A stretch of 64,000 bases of DNA from Eledone cirrhosa (GCA_964016885.1 OZ024759.1:31372001-31436000), one strand, 5' to 3'. Shown: positions 41,440 to 55,806, counted from the first letter of the stretch. Program-made: numbers and translations. Notes: generated by a model from the sequence alone, not told the origin.

Positions 41440-42438
41440 CAATTGACCACTGACCTGCTTGTCAACACTTTGTGAAAGAGAGAAAGTAAGTTAAGGAGGG
41501 ATATCAAATTACCATACCCCTTTCAAAGTCTCAGGACCCTTGTGTTTGTATAAGGATTTTATTCACATATCACAAGTTTTTTCGCCTAACACATAACATA
41601 CTTTTAGATCAAGAATGTTAAAATCCGAAAATTTACAAACACTAGTTTGTTTGAGGTTTTTTATGAGTGAAGGTGATCACCTGAAGTCTTCCCAAAAATT
41701 ATTATTACATGTAAACGAGTTTTGTAGGAAGAATGGCTATTAAATGCGATCATTGTTACAATAAAGGCGTTTAATATCTGCAGTGAAGTTGCAGAGGATT
41801 ATAAGCTCATAAAATAGGATTTGCAAATTCAATAGCTACCCACTTTCGTTGCTAATTACGAGAAGTTTCTAGCATCTAAAAACATGAAACGGTGAAGGTT
41901 TTGTTGATTTTTTGTTTTTTCATTATCGGGATTTAACCTCACAGATGTTTATACGCAGTTGTGATTGCAAATACTTTTAAATCAATGTGGATTTGAAATG
42001 GATGTAACCATTGTCAGCAAGGTTTTCAATAGGGGATATTTTATACGGAGATTATTCCAGTAATGGTGGACGTGAAATAGTTAAATGGACAATTATAATC
42101 AAGATAAAATAATAGATAAAAGGTATATTAACTCATTGACAAAGAATCATTGTCCTCTGTTCTGGTTCTATCTTGTATCGCCAAACTATTTTTTCTCTTT
42201 ATTGTTCTATATTTTGCGAGCAGTTGTTTTTTCTTTTCATGTTTTTGTTTTTTTGCTATTTATCCATCCATATATTTATACATTTATATATATATATACA
42301 TATATGTATGTATGTGTGCACACACGCAGACGTATATATATATACATATATATATACATATATATATACATATATATATATATACAATTATAAATGTACA
42401 TATATACGTGTGTGCGCACACACGTATATATGTACATT

Positions 42439-42499
<61 letters not shown>

Positions 42500-42691
42500 C
42501 TTTTTATATATATATATATATATAGGGATTGTAAAGTCAAGTTATTGTTGATTCACTCGATGCGTAGTTTCCAGTATGTACGTTGGGGTTGTACTAAGCA
42601 GTGTAATATATATATATATATAAATATATATATATACATATATACACACACATATATATATGCCTATACACACACATACACTTATATATAT

Positions 42692-42884
42692 ATAGGAACA
42701 AATAAGACCCCGACGGCTGAGCACAAGCCGTTTCGACGGCTAATTCTAGTCCAGAATTAGCCGTCGAAACGCCTTGAGCTCAGCCGTCGGGGTCTTACTT
42801 GATCCTATTACCCACTCTACTACCCTAAGTATTGAGTACTTTGGTGCGTTATGGTCCACCTGGTTCCTTACCACATTTCTTTCG

Positions 42885-42886
<2 letters not shown>
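42692..42886. mobile_element. Fold-back element; palindrome 42692-42808 with a mirrored hammerhead 3' half
   Basis: Arms ccccgacggctgagc..aagccgtttcgacggctaattct / agaattagccgtcgaaacg..ttgagctcagccgtcgggg. Flanked by (TA)n. Confidence 0.8.
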
Positions 42887-42942
<56 letters not shown>

Positions 42943-43329
42943 ATTTACATCAATGCATTATCCTCAGTCAGTTGACCTATCTATATTATATATATATATT
43001 ATATATTTATATATATAATATTCTAAACGGTTATTTCTATATTCAAGTTTGGTAAAATACAATTAGAATCCGTATTTAGTGTTATATCATCATCAGACGT
43101 CGATAAGTAGGAAATCCCGATCAGATTATAGTTGATATTGGGAAAGATAAGATCTATCGATTTATACTTATTATATTGGTGAACGATAAATAAGGATTAA
43201 TAAAGACGGAAGATAACACATTATCATTACGTTGTTTGCTATGGTTTTATATGAGTTTTTGCTGAGCCGTTGAATGTTACATGTTATTACTGAAGTGTGT
43301 GTATCTGTGTGGGTGTGTATTGTGTGTGT

Positions 43330-43383
<54 letters not shown>

Positions 43384-43894
43384 CTGTGTGAGTTTGCTAT
43401 GGTTTTATGAGAGTTTTTGCTGAGCCGTTGGGTGTTACATGGCATTACTGTATGTGTGTGTGTGTGTGTGTATGTGTGTGGATGTTAGGGGAGAGAGTGG
43501 AAGAGAGTGTGGAAGATGATGGAGAGGAAGAGAGTGGGAAGAGAGTGAGAGGGGGAAGAGAGTGAGGGGGAGAGAGAGGAAGAGAGTGAGAGGGAGAAAG
43601 AAAGAAAGGGAGAGGGGGAGAAGAAGTGTAGGAGATGATGGAGAGGAAGAGATTGAGGGAGAGAGAGTGGGGGAGATGATGGGGAGGAAGAGAGTGATGT
43701 GGGGCATAAAGAGAAGGAGAGTGGGAGGAGAAGAGGTGGAGAGTGAGAGGGGGAAGAGAGAGGGGAAGAGAGAGAAGAGAGAGGGGGAGAGGGGGGAATG
43801 AAATAACAGGAGAAAGAAAAAGTGTGTAATGACCAGAATTTAAAAGATTGATCTAATCTATGAAAATATAAAGTGAAGATTTAAAAGGTGAAAA

Positions 43895-44305
43895 ATAAAA
43901 GACGAAAGAAAGACGAGAGAAAAACGAGAGAAAATCGAGAGAGAAAAACGAGAGAAAGACGAGAGAAAGACGAGAGAAAAACGAGAGATAAACGAGAGAT
44001 AAACGAAAGACGAGAGAAAGGCGAGAGAAAGACGAGAGAAAGACGAGAGAAAGACGAGAGAAAGACGAGAGAAAAACAAGAGAGACGAGAGAAAGGCGAG
44101 AGAAAGACGAGAGGAAAACGAGAGAGAAACGAGAGAGAAACGAGGGGAAAACAAGAGAGACGAGAGAAAGACGAGAGAAAGACGAGAGAGAAACGAGAGA
44201 AAAACGAGAGGAAGACTAGAGATAAACGAGAGAAAAACGAGAGAAAAACGAGAGGAAAACGAGAGAAAAACGAAAGAAAGACGAGAAAAAGACGAAAGAA
44301 AGACG
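43895..44305. repeat. About 11-bp purine-rich minisatellite (AAAGACGAGAG)
   Basis: Direct reading. Confidence 0.9.
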
Positions 44306-44896
44306 TAGGAATGGAAGGAAAAAACGCGAAGACAAAGAACGAGGGAAATAAATTTACCATGAAATATAAACAACATTAATACAGACATGTCAGAAAAAAA
44401 AGTATGGAAGTATTTTATGGGTCAGGGACGTTAGATTTTGAAAGGAATATTAAAATACTGGATGAAAAAAATAGGAATAAAAACAGATTTTTTTATTTTC
44501 TTTAATTTGTTTGTTGCTTAATCCACTGGACATGCCATGGTTACGGGGAGCTTTCATTATATAATTTATTGACAATAATTAGCAGTTTAATTAACACTTT
44601 TTTGTTAATTTGGGCAGAAAAGAGATTTTAAAATCTTTTTTTTTTTCAGCTAATCTAAAAAGTGTCATTAAATTTTATTTTGTTATTTTTTTTGTTAATT
44701 TTTGTTGCTGTTTTTTATTGTTTTGTTGTTGTTTTTTTACTGATTTCTTTTTATCTAATGATGTCTTCATCGTTTCACTTAAATCATATTTTACGATAAA
44801 AGCAAGTACTATTAGTATTGTTAATCAAAACTTCGATTCCGCTGTGATTATTCAGCTGTGAGCATGCCAATAATTTGGTCGAGTTCTGTGACTAAA

Positions 44897-44954
<58 letters not shown>

Positions 44955-45084
44955 TTTTGAAGTTTATATATATATATATATATATAAACTTTTTGAAGTT
45001 TATATATATATGTATATATATATATATAAACATTTTGAAGTTTATATATATATATATATACATATATGTATATAAAGTTTTTGA

Positions 45085-45154
<70 letters not shown>

Positions 45155-45410
45155 GCTGAAAAAATTTCAGCAAGGGCCTTCTTAAAGCTGGATCTTCTTT
45201 CGGGTGAAAGCAGAAATTATTTGCTTAAACTTTTAATGTGTGTTAATAACATATATTGGCTCTACGGGTTTATTTACAATCTTTAACGGGTCCTCTCTAG
45301 GATTTGGTCTTGTTATTACTAATATATATATAAAGATTCAGAAGCGAAAACCAATCCAAACCAAACAGTGAGTGTGTTTTATTATTATTTCTGGCAATAT
45401 GACCCTCCCC

Positions 45411-45464
<54 letters not shown>

Positions 45465-45547
45465 GTTATTCCGGGTTGAATCGGAGGTAACCACAGTAAG
45501 TAAGGTACTCAATACATAGCAGAGTATAAAAGTTTTAATATAGATGA

Positions 45548-45596
45548 GATTCTACAGGACTAGAACTGTTTCATTCATTAGAAATCATCAGGAATC
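45548..45596 (-). ncRNA. Type-I hammerhead ribozyme (mirror of 45599-45647)
   Basis: Exact reverse complement of the plus-strand motif. Confidence 0.75.
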
Positions 45597-45598
45597 AG

Positions 45599-45647
45599 GA
45601 TTCCTGATGATTTCTAATGAATGAAACAGTTCTAGTCCTGTAGAATC
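45599..45647 (+). ncRNA. Type-I hammerhead ribozyme
   Basis: gattc CTGATGA t-ttc taat gaa-t GAAA cag ttctagtc ctGTA gaatc. 5-bp stem I, 4-bp stem III, GUA site. Confidence 0.75.
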
Positions 45648-45650
45648 TCA

Positions 45651-45729
<79 letters not shown>

Positions 45730-45733
<4 letters not shown>

Positions 45734-45999
45734 CTAATCTGAGTTTTTCGAATATTAATAATAACATTCGATTCGTTTGCAATTATGCAAACAAGCCTCA
45801 ATTTTATAGCCATGTCAGTAGAATGAACCCTTCATTCTTGCTCTTGTGTTGGCATGTGAACAGAACTGCAGACACTAATGACAACACAAGAGCAAGAATT
45901 AAGGGTTTATTCTACTGACATGGCTTTAAAATTGAGGCTTGTTTGCATAATTGCAAACGAATCGAATGTTATTATTAATATTCGAAAAACTCAGATTAG

Positions 46000-46003
<4 letters not shown>
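45730..46003. repeat. About 270-bp palindrome between (TA)n tracts
   Basis: About 125-bp arms with few mismatches. A partial third arm lies at 46132-46192. Confidence 0.9.
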
Positions 46004-46048
<45 letters not shown>

Positions 46049-46089
46049 TGAGATTCTACAGGACTAGAACTGTTTCATTCATTAGAAAT

Positions 46090-46130
<41 letters not shown>

Positions 46131-46186
46131 CATTTCGAATATTAATAATAACATTCAATTCGTTTGCAATTATGCAAACAAGCCTC

Positions 46187-46238
<52 letters not shown>

Positions 46239-46272
46239 AGTAAGTATGTTTTGAAACAGTGACCAAGTTTGA

Positions 46273-46607
<335 letters not shown>

Positions 46608-46981
46608 TTCTTTCATTGTATATCTTAACAGGCAATAAATATTGATGAAAGTGTGAAAGCACAGATTCCTAAACACGAGATCACGTGACAGAAAAGAGAG
46701 CGAATCCTTGGTCTATGTTTGTTTGTTTGTTTGTTTTGCCTGACATTGATGCTCTCTGGAATCACATCATCCATCTTGCAATATAGAAGATAGAAATGTT
46801 GATTAAATCTTTAAAGCAATTTGATAACAAATGGATTGTATATTACATTTCTACAATTCGGTTGGAGTGTTTATGGACAAAACACGTTTTTCTGTGAATT
46901 TATATATATATATATGTATATATATATATGTATATATATATGTATATATATATATATATAACTATATATATATATATATAA

Positions 46982-47089
<108 letters not shown>

Positions 47090-47090
47090 G

Positions 47091-47168
<78 letters not shown>

Positions 47169-47190
47169 GACCCACGGGCATATTAACTTC

Positions 47191-47252
<62 letters not shown>

Positions 47253-47291
47253 GTATATATATATGTGTGTGTGTGTGTAAAAGTTAAGCAG

Positions 47292-47371
<80 letters not shown>

Positions 47372-47457
47372 GTAAAAGGTAAACAGAAATAACAACACAA
47401 TCGGTACAGTATCTGGAAAGAATATATTAGTTAACGCTTGAAATAGCAGGAAGAGGG

Positions 47458-47493
47458 TCTTAACGTTTCGGACACTAGTCCTTCATCAGAAGA
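47458..47493 (-). ncRNA. Minimal hammerhead ribozyme with loop-less palindromic stem III
   Basis: Reverse complement: tctt CTGATGA a ggac tagt gtcc GAAA c-GTT aaga (AACGTT palindrome). Confidence 0.7.
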
Positions 47494-47661
47494 AAGAATA
47501 AGAAATAAGATAGATTGAAGGGACGGGCGGGATGAAATTGGAAAAAATGTCTTTAGATAAAAATAACAGGTCTCATATATGTGTGTGTGAGTGTGTGTGT
47601 GTGCGTGTGTGTGTCTGTGTGTGTGTTTATGGGGACAACCCGTTTTATATGAATATATATG

Positions 47662-47713
47662 GGCTTTCCTGGTGATTTCTTCCGAACGAAACAGTTCTAG
47701 TCCAGTAGAAGCC
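47662..47713 (+). ncRNA. Mutated hammerhead (A6->G) of the 45599 family
   Basis: ggctttc CTGGTGA tttc ttcc gaac GAAA cagttctagtcca GTA gaagcc. Confidence 0.45.
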
Positions 47714-47729
47714 ATTTCTATATATATAT

Positions 47730-47835
<106 letters not shown>

Positions 47836-47986
47836 ACACGGGTGTGTATGATTGTGTATAGAAGATTATATTAATAAGAGGAATTCCAACTTTGTCTGAT
47901 TTACTCGTTTTATTTACAATACTTTAAAATTTATAATGGTATTATAATGAAATAGTATGGTAGAATATTAAATGTTAAGTGTTAAT

Positions 47987-48025
47987 TGAACAAGTACTTT
48001 CATGCTTTCGCAATCTTCAGGTTCA
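47987..48025 (-). ncRNA. Minimal hammerhead ribozyme (mirror of 48099-48137)
   Basis: Exact reverse complement. Confidence 0.7.
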
Positions 48026-48098
48026 TAATGTGTGGTGACAGTCAAGTTTGCAATTTTCAACAGTTGAAAATTGCAAACTTGACTGTCACCACACATTA

Positions 48099-48137
48099 TG
48101 AACCTGAAGATTGCGAAAGCATGAAAGTACTTGTTCA
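48099..48137 (+). ncRNA. Minimal hammerhead ribozyme
   Basis: tgaac CTGAAGA t-tgc gaaa gca-t GAAA g-ta-CTT gttca. GAAA tetraloop on stem II and palindromic AAGTACTT stem III. Confidence 0.7.
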
Positions 48138-48249
48138 ATTAACACTTAACATTTAATATTCTACCATACTATTTCATTATAATACCATTATAAATTTTAA
48201 AGTATTGTAAATAAAACGAGTAAATCAGACAAAGTTGGAATTCCTCTTA

Positions 48250-48305
<56 letters not shown>

Positions 48306-48652
48306 TACATAAATCATCCGAGATGCGAAGGTTTGCGAAAATCAAAGAAGTCCTTAATGAAAAAAAACAATGAAAGTAGGACATTGTTGTGTTGCAATGA
48401 GTGTCTAAAAAAAAATTAAAAAAATGAATTCTTTCCAATAATACAGCATGAAGTTGGTGTAAAATGAACGATAGACGGAATTGCGGAAAAATATAAATCA
48501 CATTCACCTACTGTAAAAAACAGTCTGTCACAAACGCCTACAGCACCTCACTTCATGAAGATAGATGACACTGTTAATGGCGAGAAATAGTGACGATAGA
48601 TTTAGAAAGTGTATTGTTCCGAACTTATGAGAAGAATATGAAAAAATTCCTT

Positions 48653-48746
<94 letters not shown>

Positions 48747-48857
48747 GAGAGAGTAAGGTATAGGTATATATATTTTATCATAGAAATGACTTCATTCGTA
48801 AGAAACCATCATGTTCTAGTCCTTTAGAAGTTATTTCGAGTGTTTTCCACGAGAGAG

Positions 48858-49812
48858 ATTCACCACCTTACATACTGAGATATTTAACATCTCTCTCTCT
48901 CTCTCTCTCAACTCACCACCTTACATACTGAGATATTTAACATCTCTCTCTCTCTCTCTCAACTCACCACCTTACATACTGAGATATTTAACATCTCTCT
49001 CTCTCTCTCTCTCAACTCACCACCTTACATACTGAGATATTTAACATCTCTCTCTCTCTCTCTCTCAACTCACCACCTTACATACTGAGATATTTAACAT
49101 CTCTCTCTCTCTCTCTCTCTCAACTCACCACCTTACATACTGAGATATTTAACATCTCTCTCTCTCTGACAATTCACCACCTTACATACTGAGATATTTA
49201 ACATCTCTCTCTCTCTCTCTCTCTCAACTCACCACCTTACATACTGAGATATTTAACATCTCTCTCTCTCTCTCTCAACTCACCACCTTACATACTGAGA
49301 TATTTAACATCTCTCTCTCTCTCTCAATTCACCACCTTACATACTGAGATATTTAACATCTCTCTCTCTCTCTCTCAACTCACCACCTTACATACTGAGA
49401 TATTTAACATCTCTCTCTCTCTCTCAATTCACCACCTTACATACTGAGATATTTAACATCTCTCTCTCTCTCTCTCAACTCACCACCTTACATACTGAGA
49501 TATTTAACATCTCTCTCTCTCTCTCTCTCAACTCACCACCTTACATACTGAGATATTTAACATCTCTCTCTCTCTCACCACCTTACATACTGAGATATTT
49601 AACATCTCTCTCTCTCTCTCAACTCACCACCTTACATACTGAGATATTTAACATCTCTCTCTCTCTCTCTCTCTCTCACCACCTTACATACTGAGATATT
49701 TAACATCTCTCTCTCTCAATTCACCACCTTACATACCGAGGTATTTAACCTTTCTCTGACAATACTACCTTACATACCGAGATATTTAACATCTCCCTCT
49801 GACAATTCACCA

Positions 49813-49815
<3 letters not shown>
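48858..49815. repeat. About 50-bp composite minisatellite, about 19 units with variable (CT)n
   Basis: caccaccttacatactgagatatttaacat-(ct)n-caact. Confidence 0.95.
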
Positions 49816-49876
<61 letters not shown>

Positions 49877-50154
49877 ATAGTATATTTGGGAATATACTGT
49901 ATGTTTAATTAAAAACATTTAGAAGACCATTCGCTATGAGTTTTAAAGTAGTGACTATGTCACTTACTTATTCTCGGCAAAAACAACAGAGAGCGGCCGT
50001 CAGACCGCCGTCTGTTTCTCGCTTGTGAGCGTTTATCAAAACCACGCACTCAGTTGCCTCTGCCGAGAATTATAGAGGCTGGATTCTTATAGAATTCCAG
50101 TAATAACCAGGAGCTGAGAGATGGGTGGGATGGGGAAAGAGAGAGAGACAGACA

Positions 50155-50254
50155 GAGAGATATGTAAAATCCGGACCGCGGTGCCAAGCGGTTTCGGCTT
50201 GTGTGTTCAGCAAGCCAAAACCGCTTGGCGTGCAGTCTGGGTTTTACATATCTC
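50155..50254. repeat. Imperfect palindrome with a hammerhead 3' half
   Basis: Minus strand: caagcc GAAA ccgc ttggcacc gcgg TC cggatttt. Confidence 0.7.
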
Positions 50255-50342
50255 TATACCCACTCTGCATCTCCCCATGAATTGAGTACTCCGATTATTA
50301 GTGGTATCCTTCATCTCAGGACCGCATACTATCTCACTCCTC

Positions 50343-50418
<76 letters not shown>

Positions 50419-50619
50419 CCTTGCCCACTTACACCTCTCTAAGACAATGACACTGGATCGAGACCTTTGGCGCCTTGCAGTTGGACAAAAGACCCGACTA
50501 CCATTGCATACAAACCTACAGTCAGTAGGCACCTCTTAACTCAATGTACACCGCACGGTCACACCCTACCCCACCCTCCCTCTTCCGTCCACTGTGTCGA
50601 TGACACAACAGCCCCCACT

Positions 50620-50830
50620 GTAAGGTGTCCGTGTAGGAGACATGGTGAAAAGGCTCCCAGTCCACACTGTAAGGTGGTTGGTGTTAGGAAGGGCATCCAG
50701 CTGTAAAAAAAAAACCTGCCAGAGACGCTTCCGTGCGAGCGATACATGGTCTCCGCATCAAATGGAACAAAATCGTCTAACCCATACTAGCGTGGAAGAT
50801 GGACGTTAAACAACGATGATGATGATGATA
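50620..50830 (+). mobile_element. RTE-related short element/SINE
   Basis: ggtgttaggaagggcatccagctgtaaaa...ggacgttaaacaacgatgatgatgat tail. Confidence 0.65.
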
Positions 50831-50841
50831 TATATATATAT

Positions 50842-50923
<82 letters not shown>

Positions 50924-50957
50924 ATACTTTGGGAGGGTCATGTTGCCAACAAAAAAC

Positions 50958-51520
50958 ACTTTAAAATTAGTGGTTTTCTTTTATAAAATCAGAACTGATT
51001 TTGGTTGGTTTGGGTTGGCTTTCGCCGGTTTTGGCCGGATTGGAAAAGCAAAAGGTTAACACATGGTGTTTGTTTTTTTTAAATATAATTACGTTGGAAA
51101 ATTTTAATTTAAATAGAAAACCTTTAAAATTGGTGGTTTTTGTTTTATAAAATCAGAGCTGGTTCTGGCTAGTTTTGGCTGGTTTTGGTCCGATTGCTAA
51201 AGTAAGAAGGTGAACATATGGTTTTTAAATATAATTACGTTAGAACATTTTAATCTAAATAGAAACCCTTTAAAATTTGTTGTTTAGTTTTATAAAATAA
51301 GACCTGGTTTTGGCCAGTTTGGACTGGTTTTGGCCAGGTTGGTATAATAAGAAGGTGAACATATGGTTCTTAAATATGATTACGTTAGAAGATTTTAATT
51401 TAAATAGAAACTCTTTAAAATTGGTGGTTTTTGTTTTATAAAATCAGAGCTGGTTTTGACTGGATTTAGCTGGGTTGATAAAGCAAAATGTATGTTGGGA
51501 AATATACGTTTTTAAAATAA
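50958..51520. repeat. About 146-160-bp tandem repeat, about 4 units
   Basis: ctttaaaatt.gtggtttt...ttttataaaatcagagctgg recurs at about 50958, 51121, 51267 and 51413. Confidence 0.85.
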
Positions 51521-52091
51521 TAATATTGCCTCTGTTAATATTATACTACAAGTATTACTGCTGCTGCTACTACTGCTGCTGCTACCGTTGTTGTTGATTG
51601 CCGATGTAGCTGCTAAGACTAGCACTGCTACTGTTGCCATTGTAACCGTTGTCTTGGTGATAACCAGTTGCTAAGTGACATATATTGTCATTTAACCATT
51701 CTCGTTCATCAATATATTGTTGGTAACTGTTCTTCAGTGGATGTTGGTAAATAAGACGACACTTTTTTTAAATCTTCTCCCAGAACAACAACAACAACAA
51801 CAACAACAACAATCGTAACAACAGTAGTAACAACAAATAATTGGTATTGATACGACTACTAGTAATCCGAATGTAGATTGATGACACTAATGTGACATTT
51901 GTCATTTTCAGTATAGCTTGTTCAATATCAAACTGCATGTTGATATACAGTAAGGGTATTCACTTAATGCGTACGTAAAAACTCTTCATACTATATATTA
52001 TATATATGAATATGTATATGTATAGAGAGAGGGGTATGTTTATATCTGTATGTATGTATATACCTATATAGATATCTTGGGAGACAGAGAA

Positions 52092-52130
<39 letters not shown>

Positions 52131-52378
52131 GTGTGTGTGTGTTTAGCGTGAAGATATGCATATGTGTGTATATATATATAAATATATGTGTATGTATGTA
52201 TAATAGAGTAGTGAAGGGGGATATGGAGAGATCGGTATAGGCAAATAGTGAAACAAACAGACAGACAGACAGACAGGTATATATATAGAGAGAGAGAGAG
52301 AGGCGGAGAGAGAGAGAGAGAGGCGGAGAGAGAGATGGAGAGACTGGAAGAGAGACAAACTGAGACACAGACCGAAAC

Positions 52379-52448
<70 letters not shown>

Positions 52449-52851
52449 GGATGGAGAGAGAAGCAAAAAGAGCCAGAGAGAGAGAGAGAGATGGGGGTGG
52501 AGAGAGAGTGAGAGAGAGAGAGACAGTGAGAGAGAGAGAGATAGACAGAAAGAGACAGAGAAAGACAAACAGGCAGATAAATATAAATAGGTGTATCGTT
52601 CTCACATTCCACAAACACACATGACTATCTATATGTATCTTATGCAGTCCTCCGGCATATGGCATGCGTTAGATCGATTCCTGCAGACGGCTCTGTCTAC
52701 ATTTTTCTGCCTCCATATTTTCACTTACTCAAATATTTTACTGTTGAACGTACATCGTAGCAATTTTACAAACAGCTAAGATTTTCAAATTTCAAATTCT
52801 CCCAACACGTTGGAAACAAGATTATATATATGTATGTGTATGTGAAGGTGA

Positions 52852-52909
<58 letters not shown>

Positions 52910-53001
52910 TGCATCGATCGTGCCTCGAGCTGGTCGTCAGAGAAACGATTGTAATATGTCTAATAAATCTTATTCATCGCACCACTGATTCTCCGTTTCT
53001 T

Positions 53002-53073
<72 letters not shown>

Positions 53074-53217
53074 CGAATATGCATATAATTGCATATACGC
53101 ATATACATACATGTATATATAGATATATATATACATGTATATATATAGATATATATAGATATATATATACATGTATAGATATATATATATACATGTATAG
53201 ATATATATATATATACA

Positions 53218-53517
53218 CTGAGGATGAAAAACTCAGAGCTGTATGGGAGCATCCCAAAAGTGAGCTCAAAAGTGACACAGAGGAGACTGAGGTTAGCTAG
53301 ACATGCTCACCGACATCCAGAGTTGACATTGCACTCAGTGCTCCTGTGGGAGCCCCTACATGGACACACTAGAAGTGGAAGACCAAGGTTAACATATGTT
53401 GATGCCCTAAGGACAGACACTGGTCTGTTGGAGACGCAGGATATGGCAGCGATAATGAGGGACAGAGACCGCTGGAGAGAACTCGTCCATGGATCTCGGG
53501 AATTTTACCCGCCTTAG
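53218..53517 (+). mobile_element. RTE-clade LINE 3' fragment (same family as 40340)
   Basis: ELYG...[12 protein letters not shown]...VLLWEP...GRPRLTYVD...DRDRWRELV, with a (TAGA)n tail. Confidence 0.88.
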
Positions 53518-53617
53518 ATAGATAGATAGATGTGTGTGTGTGTATATATATACATATACATACATATACGCGTATATATATATGTGTATATATATACACA
53601 CATACATACATATACAC

Positions 53618-53665
<48 letters not shown>

Positions 53666-53768
53666 GCATACATATAGACATGTATAGTTATATATATATA
53701 TATATATATATACATATATATAGTTATAGGAATAACCAGAGTGCTTAGAAATACATTGTTTTATATAC

Positions 53769-53799
<31 letters not shown>

Positions 53800-53870
53800 T
53801 ATATATATACATACAAAGACATACATACATACACACATACATACATACAAACACACACACACACGCAAAG

Positions 53871-53945
<75 letters not shown>

Positions 53946-54009
53946 TACATAAATTTCTTTTATGCATTTTACTGTCGATTACTTTAGTTTCCAGTTTTTC
54001 TATTTTACT

Positions 54010-54040
<31 letters not shown>

Positions 54041-54043
<3 letters not shown>

Positions 54044-54650
54044 TGGCTGCCAACTCGTTTTCGAGTACGGCCACTACTTTATATCCATGTAGGAGAACTC
54101 CTACCGATGCGCTGAACGAGTGTGACTTTTTAGTCCAGACAGCAACTTGAAAACTCTGGTACAAACACTACACTTGTGACAATTATTGACACATAGTGCT
54201 GGGCCCATGATACCATGTGATGACAAGTGCAGAGAGATCTCCAGATACAAAGCAATGCCTGTGCCGTGAAGCTTTTATAGTGAGCAAAGGCACTGCACAA
54301 AGCCAGTCCCACTCACTTAACCAAGATGATATTTACCAAAAAGAAGAACAAGTCAACATCATTGGATACCATCAGAGTTGCAGGTGTTATATCAGAGTTT
54401 TCCTTCTCCTAGAATTCTGCCTTGACAAAGGCTAAGGGGTCATCTCTCCCGGTGATTTTGGATGGCCATTGACTCTTAAGAGCTCCTTTGCCCTTTGACA
54501 GGTTTTGTTTTTAGTCCTGCAGGATGTCCAAAGTCACCCTCCTCACCAAGAAACCTTGGTGGGGTTGCCAGTTTAGTCGCCAACGACCCGACCATGGGAC
54601 AGGTTGTACTGGGATACATGTTACCAGTAGCACCAACTGGTGACCTGACA
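54041..54650 (-). mobile_element. Internally deleted non-autonomous RTE (5' UTR joined to 3' end)
   Basis: 5' UTR-like block tctaggagaaggaaaactctgatataa. C-terminal C2H2 finger HKCSVCTRVFKLLSGLKSHTRSAHR* at 54178-54101. 3' end ctcgaaaacgagttggcagccacca. Lies between (TA)n tracts. Confidence 0.7.
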
Positions 54651-54667
54651 TAAATATATATATATAT

Positions 54668-54738
<71 letters not shown>

Positions 54739-54739
54739 C

Positions 54740-54772
<33 letters not shown>

Positions 54773-54777
54773 CATAC

Positions 54778-54838
<61 letters not shown>

Positions 54839-54859
54839 CATATATACATACATACATAT

Positions 54860-54890
<31 letters not shown>

Positions 54891-55070
54891 ATTGTTTCTA
54901 CGTTTGGCACAAGGCCAGCAAATACCCAGTACATTACTGGTACTTTATTTTATCGACCCCGTTTGGATGAAAGGCAAAGTTAACCTCGGCCGGATTTGAA
55001 CTCAGATCGTATAGGGACGTAACTCTATGCTAGAAAGCATGTCCGACCCTCTACCGATACTGCCAATTTA
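54891..55070 (-). mobile_element. Meta-domain SINE
   Basis: Diagnostic blocks. Confidence 0.9.
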
Positions 55071-55106
55071 CCAAGGATATATGTATCGTAAGAGAAGAGG
55101 AGAGAA

Positions 55107-55204
<98 letters not shown>

Positions 55205-55252
55205 GTATGTATGTATACGTACATACATATATGTATATAGACGTACAGTAGC

Positions 55253-55298
<46 letters not shown>

Positions 55299-55345
55299 AG
55301 GCACACATATAGAGTGAGAAATGAAATTTCGTTTCATTCTATTCC

Positions 55346-55417
<72 letters not shown>

Positions 55418-55741
55418 CTCTCTTCATTTTATATCATTTTATTTCAATTTTTCTTTCTCTCTTCTTAAAATTACAACAATACAATATTTACAATATTTAG
55501 AATATTTTTGAAATGATATGTTTCCAGTTTCCCATACCGAATTATATCAGGCAATCAATCCTTTATTTTTAATAATTCTCCATATATTTCCTTATCGGAC
55601 CAATAAATATATGAAACAATACTCTATTTGATATCTATATCTGTATATATGCATATGTACCAATCATAAACGTCCATTATATATATATATATATATATAT
55701 ATAGATATATAGATATATGTGTGTGTGTATGTGTATGTATG

Positions 55742-55779
<38 letters not shown>

Positions 55780-55806
55780 AAACTATACACATATATATAT
55801 TTAACT

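Larger units (their letters stand above)
47837..48255. mobile_element. Fold-back element with about 190-bp apparently perfect arms and a hammerhead in each arm
   Basis: Centre at about 48062 (caattttcaac a gttgaaaattg). Confidence 0.9.

Noticed and set aside
48858-49815. CRISPR-like repeat-spacer pattern
   Set aside because: The spacers are only (CT)n runs.
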